A stretch of DNA of 64,000 bases from an uncultured Alistipes sp. Its GTDB lineage: Bacteria > Bacteroidota > Bacteroidia > Bacteroidales > Rikenellaceae. The notes beneath the pieces are model-generated. The model saw only the letters and a list, made by a program, of their open reading frames with translations, was not told where the DNA came from and did no database searches. Where the stretch lies: the NCBI GenBank assembly GCA_964464465.1, contig CAYXGF010000002.1, forward strand, positions 1,000 to 64,999, written 5' to 3'. The position numbers and the translations under genes are program-made. Each line of letters begins with the position of its first letter. Position 1 is the first letter of the stretch. This document shows, piece by piece, positions 47,659 through 56,634 of this stretch.

Positions 47659-49046
47659 TGAAATACGAAAAAGTATATTTTCTGGGCATCGGCGGCATCG
47701 GCATGAGCGCCATTGCGCGCTTTTTCATGCATGAGGGGCTCGATGTCGCAGGTTACGACCTGACACGGACCGATTTGACGCTCCGGCTCGAAGCCGAGGG
47801 CGCCGGGATACATTATACGGATTCACCGGAACTTATAGACGTCGGATTCCGCAATCCGGATTCGACGCTTGTGGTGTATACGCCGGCCATACCTGAGAAT
47901 CATCGTGAGAAGGCCTATTTCGAGAGCCACGGCTTTCAGATGCTCAAACGCTCGCAGATGCTCGGCCAGATAACGGAAGGCAAATACGTTATGGCTGTGG
48001 CCGGAACCCATGGAAAAACCACTACGACGACTCTCGCCGCATGGCTTAACCATGTGTGCACGGGCGGCGGCAGCGCCTTTCTCGGAGGCATATCGAAGAA
48101 TTTCGACAGCAATCTCGTTCTCGGCGCGGGGCCGCGCATGGCTGTCGAGGCCGACGAGTTCGACCGTTCGTTCCTCAGACTCACGCCCGATGTGGCGGTG
48201 GTTACCTCGGCCGATGCCGACCATCTGGATATATACGGCACGCACGAGGCCGTGAAGCAGGCTTTCGCGCAGTTCATAGGCCGGATAAAGGCCGGCGGCG
48301 CGCTGATTGTCAAGAGCGGCGTGGATGTGAGCATAGATAATCCGGATATAGACGTTTACACCTATTCCACCGAATCGGAATCGGATTTCAGGGCTGCGAA
48401 CATACGTCCCGAGGGCAGCGGCCATTACAGGTTCGATATAGTGTGTCCGGACCGGACGATAGAGGAGTGCACGCTCGGAATAACCGGAAGGGTGAACATA
48501 GAGAACTGTGTCGCCGCGACAGCCATGATGTGGGTGGCGGCGCGCAAACAGGACCAAACGCTCGATGACAATCTTGTCCGTCGTGCGCTTGCCTCATTTA
48601 CCGGTGTCAGACGCCGTTTCGATATATATATCAACTCGGAGCAGGTGTTCTATATGGATGATTACGCCCACCATCCGCGGGAAATTGCGGCCACGCTGCG
48701 TTCGGTGCGTGACATGTTCGGCGCCAGGCGCATGACGGCCGTTTTTCAGCCGCATCTGTATACGCGTACCAGGGACCTGCACAGGGAGTTCGCCGATGCT
48801 CTTTCTCTTGCCGACAATGTGGTCCTGCTGCCGATATATCCGGCACGGGAGCTGCCTATCGAGGGCGTGAGCGAGAGGATGATAGCCGAGTATCTGAGAG
48901 TGCCGTGCGTGTTCTCGACCCGGGAGAGCCTGTGCGGGGATTTGGCGGCGCAGGACACGGATGTCGTCATAACGCTTGGCGCTGGCAATATAGATGCCTG
49001 CTGTGAAGATGTGGCACGAATGCTGAGAAACAAATTCGGATTGTAG
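47655..49046 (+). CDS. murC: UDP-N-acetylmuramate--L-alanine ligase
   Basis: The GIGGIGMSAIA and AGTHGKTTTT motifs are present. It overlaps murG by 4 nt. Confidence 0.92.
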   Translation: MMKYEKVYFLGIGGIGMSAIARFFMHEGLDVAGYDLTRTDLTLRLEAEGAGIHYTDSPELIDVGFRNPDSTLVVYTPAIPENHREKAYFESHGFQMLKRSQMLGQITEGKYVMAVAGTHGKTTTTTLAAWLNHVCTGGGSAFLGGISKNFDSNLVLGAGPRMAVEADEFDRSFLRLTPDVAVVTSADADHLDIYGTHEAVKQAFAQFIGRIKAGGALIVKSGVDVSIDNPDIDVYTYSTESESDFRAANIRPEGSGHYRFDIVCPDRTIEECTLGITGRVNIENCVAATAMMWVAARKQDQTLDDNLVRRALASFTGVRRRFDIYINSEQVFYMDDYAHHPREIAATLRSVRDMFGARRMTAVFQPHLYTRTRDLHREFADALSLADNVVLLPIYPARELPIEGVSERMIAEYLRVPCVFSTRESLCGDLAAQDTDVVITLGAGNIDACCEDVARMLRNKFGL

Positions 49047-49049
49047 CAT

Positions 49050-50138
49050 ATGAAACGTTGGCTCGAAATACTCTGTTCCGCGCTGCTGCTTGCGGCACTG
49101 GCCGTCGTGCTGGTGTTGCAGGGAGTCTATGCGGAAAAGCAGAGGGCGCAAATCGAGGTGAGGCGTGTCCGTGTGTCGGTCGCTGACAGTGCCTCCATGG
49201 GTGATTTCGTGACTGCCGCAGCCGTAAGACGCTGGATAGACGCTTCGGGCGTGAAATATAATGATATGCCGATAGATGCGGTGAATACGCATGAGATAGA
49301 ACGCAGCATCCTGTCCCACAGTTTCGTCAGGGATGCTCAGGTATATACGGATATGGACGGTACGCTCGGCGTGCGCATCAGGCAGCGGCGGCCCGTGGTG
49401 AGGATATGCACGAGCAACGGCTACGATTTCTTTCTGTCGGAAGACTGCCATGTGCTTCCGGCCACAGGTTCGCGTGCGGCCTATGTGCCGATAGTTACCG
49501 GTGTGGTGTCGCTGCCTTTCCGGCCCGGCGAATGGGGCGATTACGGCACCATGATTCGGGAGCGCAGGGATGATTTCGTGGCCCGGTATTCGCAGCTCAA
49601 AAATCAAAGCGACGAACTGGGTGCGCAGCTGCTTGCCCTGCGTGCCGAAAAGCGTGAGGTTCAGGCCGACAGGCCGTTTCTGTTCAAGATGTGGGGCAAG
49701 GAGAAAAAAGCGGAATTCGTGAAAAACCGGGACTTGCGCCTTTCGGCTCTCGACAGGGAAATCGCTGATTGCATGTCGCAGGCGGATGATGCTAAGAAAA
49801 AAATGCTCGGCGAGGTCGAAAAACAAAAAAAATCGGAAAAAACATACGAATTCTTGCCTAAACTCCTTACCTTTGTAAAAAACCTGGCCGAAGATGATTT
49901 CTGGAATGCGCAGATTGTTCAGATAAATCTGACAGAGGGCATTGCGGGACATCAGCCCGAAGTGGAGCTTGTTCCTCGTGCGGGCGCTCATGTCATAAGG
50001 CTCGGGCATTTGGACGATGTCGAGGCGAAACTCGACAAACTTATGCTGTTCTACCGCCACGTACTTGATTACGAAGGGTGGAACTGCGTGCGTTACATAG
50101 ACCTGAGATTCGACAACCAGATTGTATGTACAAAATAA
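49050..50138 (+). CDS. ftsQ: cell division protein FtsQ with a ~110-aa internal coiled-coil insertion
   Basis: It has an N-terminal TM helix, a POTRA-like segment, a C-terminal FtsQ-type beta domain and the expected dcw position. Residues ~158-268 are charged and heptad-like. Confidence 0.75.
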   Translation: MKRWLEILCSALLLAALAVVLVLQGVYAEKQRAQIEVRRVRVSVADSASMGDFVTAAAVRRWIDASGVKYNDMPIDAVNTHEIERSILSHSFVRDAQVYTDMDGTLGVRIRQRRPVVRICTSNGYDFFLSEDCHVLPATGSRAAYVPIVTGVVSLPFRPGEWGDYGTMIRERRDDFVARYSQLKNQSDELGAQLLALRAEKREVQADRPFLFKMWGKEKKAEFVKNRDLRLSALDREIADCMSQADDAKKKMLGEVEKQKKSEKTYEFLPKLLTFVKNLAEDDFWNAQIVQINLTEGIAGHQPEVELVPRAGAHVIRLGHLDDVEAKLDKLMLFYRHVLDYEGWNCVRYIDLRFDNQIVCTK

Positions 50139-50148
50139 TATCTGAGAC

Positions 50149-51648
50149 GTGGAAAAGAGAGACTATATAGTAGCAATCGATTTGGGTAGCGGAAGCGCTA
50201 CGATAGCCGTCGGAGGAAAGGATGCCGACGGAAAACTTGATATCGTGGACATAATATCCGAAAAGACGAATGGCCTTTCGCGCGGTGAAATCGCCAATCG
50301 TCAGGAGGTGATATCCGTACTTCAATCTCTCAAAGAAAAGATTCAGGACAAGCATCACATATCTATTTCCGACGCCTATACCGGCATCTCCGGAAAACAT
50401 ATCAAATGCACCAATCAGGACTATTTCGTCTTCGTGGGCGAACGCAGCGACGGCGAGATTCGCAAGGAGGACAAACTGGCGCTGCACGATGTGATGAACA
50501 ACGTTCAGGCCGAGGACGGAATAAAGATTCTCGACCGCATCCCGCAGGCCTATGTAATCGACGGGCAGGAGAAGGTCAAGGACCCTGTCGGACGTTTCGG
50601 TTCGCGTCTTGCCTCCACGTTCTGTTTCGTGCTGGGCTCGTGGAAGCCTATCGACAGACTCGAAAAGGCGCTTATGGGCGTGGGCATAAAGCCTGTGCGC
50701 ACGTTCGCCAATGCGCTGCTCTCAGCCCAGGCCGTTGCGACGGCCGATGAGAAGGAGATGGGTGTGGCGGTTCTCGATATCGGTGCCGGAACCTCCGACC
50801 TGTGTATTTACTACGACGATTCGGTGCGTTTCGTGCGCGGTATTCCTTTCGGCGCGTCGGACATAAACAACGATATCAAGCAGCAGGGTATTCTGGAACG
50901 TCACGTCGAGAAGCTGAAAACTCAGTTCGGCCGTGCGATGGCCGATAATATGGAGAAGGACCAGCTTATCGTTATCTCCGAGAGCAAGGGCAAGGACAAG
51001 AAAAAGATATCGCAGAAGAATCTGGCCATAATAATCGAGAACCGGCTCAAAGACATAATCGATTTCGTGCGCGAGGAGATTGCCGACTCCGGTTATGCCG
51101 ACAGGCTCGGAGCCGGACTGGTTCTTACGGGAGGATGTACGCGTCTGCCCGATATAGATGCGCTTTTCCGTCGCGAGCTCGGCATGGAGGTGCGTCTGGC
51201 TTCTCCCGACGTATATGTGAACGAACGCAGCAAGGCTCTGGCGGCCAATCCGGAATATGCCTCTGTCATAGGCATGCTTCTTCGGGTTATGGAGAGCGGA
51301 CAGCCTAATAACGTAGAGGTGTTTGCCTCTGCGAATCCATTCGCGGCCCCCGAGCGCAAGCCTGTCGAAAGACCTGCGGTGCGTCCCGTGGTAAGACAGC
51401 AGCCGGTGGTGCCGCCTGCACCAATCGAACCCGCACCTCAGAACATATCATCCGGATGGGGCAGGACCGAGAGCGTGGAGAAACAGGAAGAACCGCAGCC
51501 CGAGCCGCAGCCTGAAAAAATCCAGCCTCGGTATGCTGACGAGGAGAAAAAGCGCAGGGAGAAGAAGTTAGGCGGTTTTTTTAACAAGCTGAAAAACATT
51601 GGAGCCGGTTTCTTCGAATCGCTCGACGACGAGGAAGAGGAGATTTAA
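50149..51648 (+). CDS. ftsA: cell division protein FtsA
   Basis: GTG start. An actin-like fold (AIDLGSG, DIGAGTSD, VLTGG) is followed by a Pro-rich linker and a C-terminal amphipathic helix GGFFNKLKNIGAGFFESL. Confidence 0.9.
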   Translation: MEKRDYIVAIDLGSGSATIAVGGKDADGKLDIVDIISEKTNGLSRGEIANRQEVISVLQSLKEKIQDKHHISISDAYTGISGKHIKCTNQDYFVFVGERSDGEIRKEDKLALHDVMNNVQAEDGIKILDRIPQAYVIDGQEKVKDPVGRFGSRLASTFCFVLGSWKPIDRLEKALMGVGIKPVRTFANALLSAQAVATADEKEMGVAVLDIGAGTSDLCIYYDDSVRFVRGIPFGASDINNDIKQQGILERHVEKLKTQFGRAMADNMEKDQLIVISESKGKDKKKISQKNLAIIIENRLKDIIDFVREEIADSGYADRLGAGLVLTGGCTRLPDIDALFRRELGMEVRLASPDVYVNERSKALAANPEYASVIGMLLRVMESGQPNNVEVFASANPFAAPERKPVERPAVRPVVRQQPVVPPAPIEPAPQNISSGWGRTESVEKQEEPQPEPQPEKIQPRYADEEKKRREKKLGGFFNKLKNIGAGFFESLDDEEEEI

Positions 51649-51670
51649 TTTTCATCGTGGGGACTCTTTT

Positions 51671-53020
51671 ATGAAGGACAATATTTTCGAAACACTCGAC
51701 ATAGAACAAATCACGCATTCCATCATCATGGTTGCCGGTGTCGGCGGAGCGGGAGGCAACGCTCTGAACCATATGGTGGAGATGGGTATCAACGATGTCA
51801 CTTTTCTGGCGTGCAATACCGACCGTCAGGCTCTGGACCACAGCGATGCCGGACTGAAAATACAGCTCGGCGAGGGTCTCGGTGCCGGCAACGACCCGGA
51901 AAAGGGACGTCAGGCCGCTCTGGAAAGCCTGGATGACATTTTCTCGATGCTTCGTCATGAGGGAACCCGCATGCTGTTCATTACAGCCGGAATGGGCGGT
52001 GGAACCGGTACCGGTGCGTCGCCTATTATAGCCAAGGCTGCGCGTGAGCTGGATATTCTGACCGTGGCAATCGTCACCACGCCGTTCTCGGACGAGGGAA
52101 ACCGGCGCATACGTCAGGCGCAGGAGGGACTGGAAGAGCTTAAACAGTATACCGACTCGCTGCTGGTGCTCAACAACGACAGTCTGGTGGACCTGTACGG
52201 CGATTTGTCGATAGACGACGGATTCAACAAGGCAAACGATATTCTGGCCAATGCTGTCAAGGGTATCGCGGAAATCATCACCGGTCACGGTAAGGTGAAT
52301 GTCGACTTCGCCGATATAAAGTCTGTGATGACGGACAGCGGCCGCGCCCTTATGGGAACGGCTCGTGCGGGTGGACCGGACCGTGCTCAGCGTGTGGCCG
52401 AGGAGGTTCTCAACTCTCCGTTGCTGAACAATATAGATATTTCCGGAGCGAAGAACATTCTGCTCAACATTTACGATGACGAACAGAGCGGGCATACCGT
52501 TACGATGAACGAGGCCCGTTACATTCGCGGATACTTGCAGGAGAAGACCGGGAATACGGCCAATATAATATGGGGTAACGCTCACAAGCCGCTGGGCGAG
52601 GATTTGGAAATAGCTGTTTTCATTACGGGACTCAGCGACGGCGTGCAGGATATAAAGCCGCTCGAAGTGTCTTCCGTGCAGTCGGAAAGCCGGTCTGTGC
52701 AGTCCGCTCAGGACTATCTGCCGCAGGGAGGACCGGCCGAGGGTCATATCGTTATAGATTCAGTGGAGGCGGATGACGGTGTAGATGATGCGTCGGAACC
52801 AGGAGTTCGTGACAATGTCATAAGATGGCGCGGCAGGGACCGTTACGAGAATATAGACTATATAGTCAAGACGCCTGCATGGGAACGCAACAAGGTCAAG
52901 TTCGTGCCCGTCAGCGATAATTCGCGTTCTGCGGGCAAGGTAGCTCTCGACAGAACTTCCTCTCAGACTCCGCCGCAGGAGCCCGACAAGAGGGAAAATT
53001 CTCTTTTCGATAATTTTTAA
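51671..53020 (+). CDS. ftsZ: cell division protein FtsZ
   Basis: Start at MKDNIFETLD. The tubulin signature GGGTGTG and NTD motifs are present, followed by a variable linker and a conserved C-terminal peptide. Confidence 0.93.
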   Translation: MKDNIFETLDIEQITHSIIMVAGVGGAGGNALNHMVEMGINDVTFLACNTDRQALDHSDAGLKIQLGEGLGAGNDPEKGRQAALESLDDIFSMLRHEGTRMLFITAGMGGGTGTGASPIIAKAARELDILTVAIVTTPFSDEGNRRIRQAQEGLEELKQYTDSLLVLNNDSLVDLYGDLSIDDGFNKANDILANAVKGIAEIITGHGKVNVDFADIKSVMTDSGRALMGTARAGGPDRAQRVAEEVLNSPLLNNIDISGAKNILLNIYDDEQSGHTVTMNEARYIRGYLQEKTGNTANIIWGNAHKPLGEDLEIAVFITGLSDGVQDIKPLEVSSVQSESRSVQSAQDYLPQGGPAEGHIVIDSVEADDGVDDASEPGVRDNVIRWRGRDRYENIDYIVKTPAWERNKVKFVPVSDNSRSAGKVALDRTSSQTPPQEPDKRENSLFDNF

Positions 53021-53029
53021 TTCTCCCGC

Positions 53030-54319
53030 ATGCACATTCTGACACATATGCTGCTCGAATGGCAGGTGATTGCGATGACGGCGAGTATATGCGTTCTGCT
53101 GCTCGTGTCGGCATTCGTATCCGGGTCCGAGACATCACTGTTCTCTCTCTCCACGACCGATTTGGACAATATAAGGGAGCAGCAGGGAAGCGCTTCGCGC
53201 GCAGTTCTCGCCCTGCTGGATGAGTCGGAGTACACTCTGGCAACGATTCTTACGATAAACAATCTGGTGAATATATGCATTACCATATTGTCGGCAAATC
53301 TGATTTCCAGGCTGTTCGTATTCGGTTCCGGACTGTGGGAATTTCTGTTCACCACCGTCATCGTTACGTTTCTGATTCTGCTGTTCGGAGAGATACTGCC
53401 GAAAGTCATCGCCTCGAATAACAGAGTGCGTTTCGCCCGTGCCTGTGCCGTCATTCTTTCGGCTCTGAGCCGGATGTTGAGGCCTGTTTCCGGAATATTG
53501 GTGCGCTCGTCGTCCGGTATAAAGAAGCTGGCGTCGAGAAACAAGGAGAATCTGTCGCTCGACGAGTTGTCGAATGCGATAGATATTACCGAAACCGATA
53601 GCGAGGAGGAGAAACAGATGCTCTCCGAGATAGTGAATTTCGCCTCCACCGAGGTGGAGCGGATAATGAAATCTCGTGTCGACATCACGGCCCTCGACGT
53701 GGAGGATGACTTCGGCCGGGTCCGCAGAGTCGTTATGGAATCGGGATTCTCCCGTATTCCGGTGTATGAACAGAGCGTGGATAATATAAAGGGAGTGCTG
53801 TATGTCAAGGATTTGCTTCCGTATATCGAACGGCCGGACGATTTCGGTTGGCAGGGCCTTATGCGCGAACCTTATTTCGTACCCGAACACAAGAAGATAA
53901 ACGATTTGCTCGAAGAGTTCCAGTCGCACAAGGTGCATATGGCCATTGTCGTTGACGAGTACGGCTCGACGCAGGGACTCGTGTCGCTGGAAGATATATT
54001 GGAGGAGATTGTCGGAGAGATAAGCGACGAGTCGGATATAGATTCCTCATTTTATACGCGTCTGGGCGACGGCGAGTTTATTTTCGAAGGAAAAACGCAT
54101 CTGGGCGATTTGGAGAAGGTGACCGGTTTGGAGGAGGGTACTTTCGACGATGTCCGCGGGCAGGCCGAAACGGTTGCCGGACTGATGCTTGAACTGAGGC
54201 ATAATTTCCTTAAAAAGGGCGAAAGCGTGACCGCACACTCCGTGAAGTTTACGGCCGAGGAGATAGACGGCCGCCGTATCGAAAAAATCAAGGTGGTGCT
54301 GAATGCCAAAAAACAGTAG
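53030..54319 (+). CDS. gldE: GldE-type / CNNM-family (DUF21-CBS-CorC) membrane protein
   Basis: A four-TM DUF21 N-terminus (SGSETSLFSLS) is followed by a CBS pair and a CorC_HlyC C-terminal domain. Confidence 0.75.
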   Translation: MHILTHMLLEWQVIAMTASICVLLLVSAFVSGSETSLFSLSTTDLDNIREQQGSASRAVLALLDESEYTLATILTINNLVNICITILSANLISRLFVFGSGLWEFLFTTVIVTFLILLFGEILPKVIASNNRVRFARACAVILSALSRMLRPVSGILVRSSSGIKKLASRNKENLSLDELSNAIDITETDSEEEKQMLSEIVNFASTEVERIMKSRVDITALDVEDDFGRVRRVVMESGFSRIPVYEQSVDNIKGVLYVKDLLPYIERPDDFGWQGLMREPYFVPEHKKINDLLEEFQSHKVHMAIVVDEYGSTQGLVSLEDILEEIVGEISDESDIDSSFYTRLGDGEFIFEGKTHLGDLEKVTGLEEGTFDDVRGQAETVAGLMLELRHNFLKKGESVTAHSVKFTAEEIDGRRIEKIKVVLNAKKQ

Positions 54320-54908
54320 CTGGATAGATATAAGGCAATTGTCTGCATTGCCGGATGATTGTGCGCTTGTTTCGGAGCAGGAGCGTATTGAGGCCGGACG
54401 CATGACAAGCCCCAGACGCCGGAACGAATGGCTGCTGTGGCGGGCTGTTGTCAGGGAGCATCTGGGAGCGGATACGGTTATAGACTATGACAGCGTTGGT
54501 GCTCCGGTGCTGTGCAACAGGAACGGGCATATCAGCGTGTCGCATTGCATGCACGAAGTGGCCGTGATGTACAGTCCGGACAGGTGTGCGATAGATGTGG
54601 AGTCGCTGTCGCGCGATTTCAGCGGAATTTCGAGACGTTATCTTAATGATGTCGAACTTGGCATTGTGTCATCTTTCGGGCAGGACGGACTTGCCGCGGC
54701 ATGGTGCGTCAAGGAGGCCGTATATAAATACATAGGCAGGCCGCAGGCCGGATTGCTGCGGGATATTGCGATTACAGGCTGCGCACCAGGGCAGGGGACG
54801 GTTACGGTGGATACGCCGTGGACTGAACGTTTGCAGGTGACAGTCCGGTTCCGGCCGTATACTGCGGTTGCCGTAATCGGTATAGATCCGGAAGCTGTTT
54901 TGCAGTGA
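54303..54908 (+). CDS. 4'-phosphopantetheinyl transferase (Sfp-type)
   Basis: The SVSHC, IDVE and WCVKEAVYK motifs are present. It overlaps the previous gene by 17 nt. Confidence 0.75.
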   Translation: MPKNSSWIDIRQLSALPDDCALVSEQERIEAGRMTSPRRRNEWLLWRAVVREHLGADTVIDYDSVGAPVLCNRNGHISVSHCMHEVAVMYSPDRCAIDVESLSRDFSGISRRYLNDVELGIVSSFGQDGLAAAWCVKEAVYKYIGRPQAGLLRDIAITGCAPGQGTVTVDTPWTERLQVTVRFRPYTAVAVIGIDPEAVLQ

Positions 54909-54950
54909 TTATTCTCTTTCCTTACAACATGCTGTCGTTTTTTTCATTGG

Positions 54951-55042
54951 CAGCTATGCGACACTTCATGTCGCGCGGGCCGCAGTTTCCGGCGGCGGAA
55001 TCCCGTCGAGGCGTGTTCCGCAAGCCGCACCCCGTATTTGTG
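54951..55042 (+). repeat. copy C (diverged) of the repeated intergenic element
   Basis: CAGCTATGCG-hairpin-CGCGCGGGCCG matches copy B (CAGTTATGCG-hairpin-CGCGCGGGCCG) with identical spacing. The hairpin stem differs but stays complementary. Downstream similarity is weaker (GCGGAATCCCGTCGA vs GCGAATGCCCGCTCA). Confidence 0.45.
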
Positions 55043-55060
55043 ATATTTTGAAGCGGCTTC

Positions 55061-56428
55061 TCAGTTTTTCTCCGCCTTTTTCAGACTGCGCATCTGGCGC
55101 GTTATCAGTATCGCGGCAAGGAGCGATGCCGTGAAGTCGGCCACGGGCATGCTGTACCATACGCCCGATGTACCGAAATATTTCGGCAGTATCATGAGCA
55201 GCGGCAGCAGAAACAGCATCTGCCGTGTCAGTGACAGGAATATCGCTTTCGGGGCTTTGTTTATATATTGAAAGAAGTTTGAGGATACGATTTGGAACCC
55301 CACGGCCGGGAAGATTATCATTGCTATACGCATGCCGTATGAGGCGATGTCTATCAGCTGCCTGGCATATGCGTCGTCTCCGCTTACGAATACGGAGGCT
55401 ACCTGGCGGGGAAAGATTTGTGATACAATCAGCGCTACGGTCATCACGCACACGGCCGACAGAGCTGTCAGACGGAATGCTTTTCGCACCCGGCAGTAGT
55501 TGCCGGCCCCGTAATTGTATCCGACGATTGGCTGCATGCCCTGGTTGAGTCCCGCCACTATCATTATGAAGAGCAGTGCGACACGGTTGACTACGCCGTA
55601 TGCGCCTACGTATATGTCTCCGCCGTATTGCAGCAATGCCTTGTTTATGAATATCACGACGGCACTCGCGCACAGGTGCAGTAGAAACGGCGCAAGGCCT
55701 ATTGCGATGATTCCTCGTATTATCTTTTTGTCGAGATGCAATGAATCGCTCCGGAAATGGATATAGCTGTCTGTGCGTGTGTAATGTCTTAGTTCGATGC
55801 CCAGGGCCACTGTCTGTGCCGTTACGGTAGCCAGGGCGGAACCTGCGACGCCCCATCCGAATACGAATATGAACAGAGGGTTGAGCGCGCAGTTGACGCA
55901 TACGGCCGTAAGCATGACGGTCATGGATTTGCGCGGATAGCCCGATGCACGCAGGATTTCGTTCAGGCTCAGGTACAGGTGCGTTACGATGTTCCCGAGC
56001 AGGATTATTCGCATGAACTCGCGCGCGAAAGGAAGCGTAACCGGACTGGCTCCGAAAAACAGCAGTATGTCGTCCAGAAAAACGAGAGCCGCTGCCGACA
56101 TGCCGCCTCCGAGGATGATGTTCAGCAGTACGGCATTACCCAGAATCTTAAAGGCGTCCTGCTTCCGGCCTTCGCCCATGCGGATTGAGACGAGAGCAGC
56201 GGAGCCTATACCGACCATCGAGCCTACGGCCGATGATATGTTCATCAGCGGCATTGCAACCGCCAGAGCCGCCAGAGCCAGGGTTCCGACCCCGTGACCG
56301 AGAAATATGGAGTCGATGATGTTGTATATCGAAGACGATGCCATTGCGATGATGGCGGGAAAGGCATATCCGGCAAGAAGCGAGGATATTTTTTCCGTTG
56401 CGAGATTTTCGGGGCCGCGTTTCGACAT
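55061..56428 (-). CDS. MATE-family efflux transporter
   Basis: Twelve TM helices. Start is at MSKRGPENLATEKISSLL, and the -7 box at 56471-56478 excludes the 56473 start. Confidence 0.85.
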   Translation of the reverse strand: MSKRGPENLATEKISSLLAGYAFPAIIAMASSSIYNIIDSIFLGHGVGTLALAALAVAMPLMNISSAVGSMVGIGSAALVSIRMGEGRKQDAFKILGNAVLLNIILGGGMSAAALVFLDDILLFFGASPVTLPFAREFMRIILLGNIVTHLYLSLNEILRASGYPRKSMTVMLTAVCVNCALNPLFIFVFGWGVAGSALATVTAQTVALGIELRHYTRTDSYIHFRSDSLHLDKKIIRGIIAIGLAPFLLHLCASAVVIFINKALLQYGGDIYVGAYGVVNRVALLFIMIVAGLNQGMQPIVGYNYGAGNYCRVRKAFRLTALSAVCVMTVALIVSQIFPRQVASVFVSGDDAYARQLIDIASYGMRIAMIIFPAVGFQIVSSNFFQYINKAPKAIFLSLTRQMLFLLPLLMILPKYFGTSGVWYSMPVADFTASLLAAILITRQMRSLKKAEKN

Positions 56429-56470
56429 AAAGATTACTTTCCGGATTTGAGTCATATACAAACCCGTATG

Positions 56471-56478
56471 CAAATATA
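56471..56478 (-). promoter_or_regulatory. Bacteroidetes -7 box (TATATTTG) for the MATE gene
   Basis: The plus strand reads CAAATATA, 43 nt upstream of the ATG at 56428. Confidence 0.45.
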
Positions 56479-56570
56479 CTAATTATGTTTGGTAACTTTT
56501 AAGGACCGTTCTGAAATGGCCGCCGAATTTTATCCGGAGGGTGAGGCTTCAAGTCCGAAAGCGTCCTTCC

Positions 56571-56626
56571 GGTTGGGAGTGCGCGGTTGGTGAGGGCGTA
56601 GAGTGTATGTGTCGTGTGCGGGTAAT
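56571..56626 (-). terminator. C-rich, G-poor tract downstream of murB (candidate Rho-utilisation region)
   Basis: The minus-strand RNA would read ATTACCCGCACACGACACATACACTCTACGCCCTCACCAACCGCGCACTCCCAACC, with about 27 C and 5 G. No intrinsic terminator hairpin follows murB. Confidence 0.25.
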
Positions 56627-56634
56627 CGGATGTG

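Noticed and set aside
49797-49842. A7, A8 and A6 homopolymer runs in ftsQ considered as slipped-strand phase-variation tracts.
   Set aside because: They encode a Lys-rich segment of an essential division gene, and the tracts are short. Frame-shifting here would most likely be lethal rather than regulatory. I kept this only as a note under the FtsQ insertion.
56540-56580. SRP-RNA-like (CCGGAAGGA on the minus strand), RNase-P-like (AAGTCCG) or tRNA T-loop-like (TTCAAGTCC) words.
   Set aside because: The surrounding conserved context is missing: no GGAAGCAGC for 4.5S RNA, no GAGGAAAGTCC for RNase P, and no complementary T-stem or acceptor stem. These are isolated short matches.
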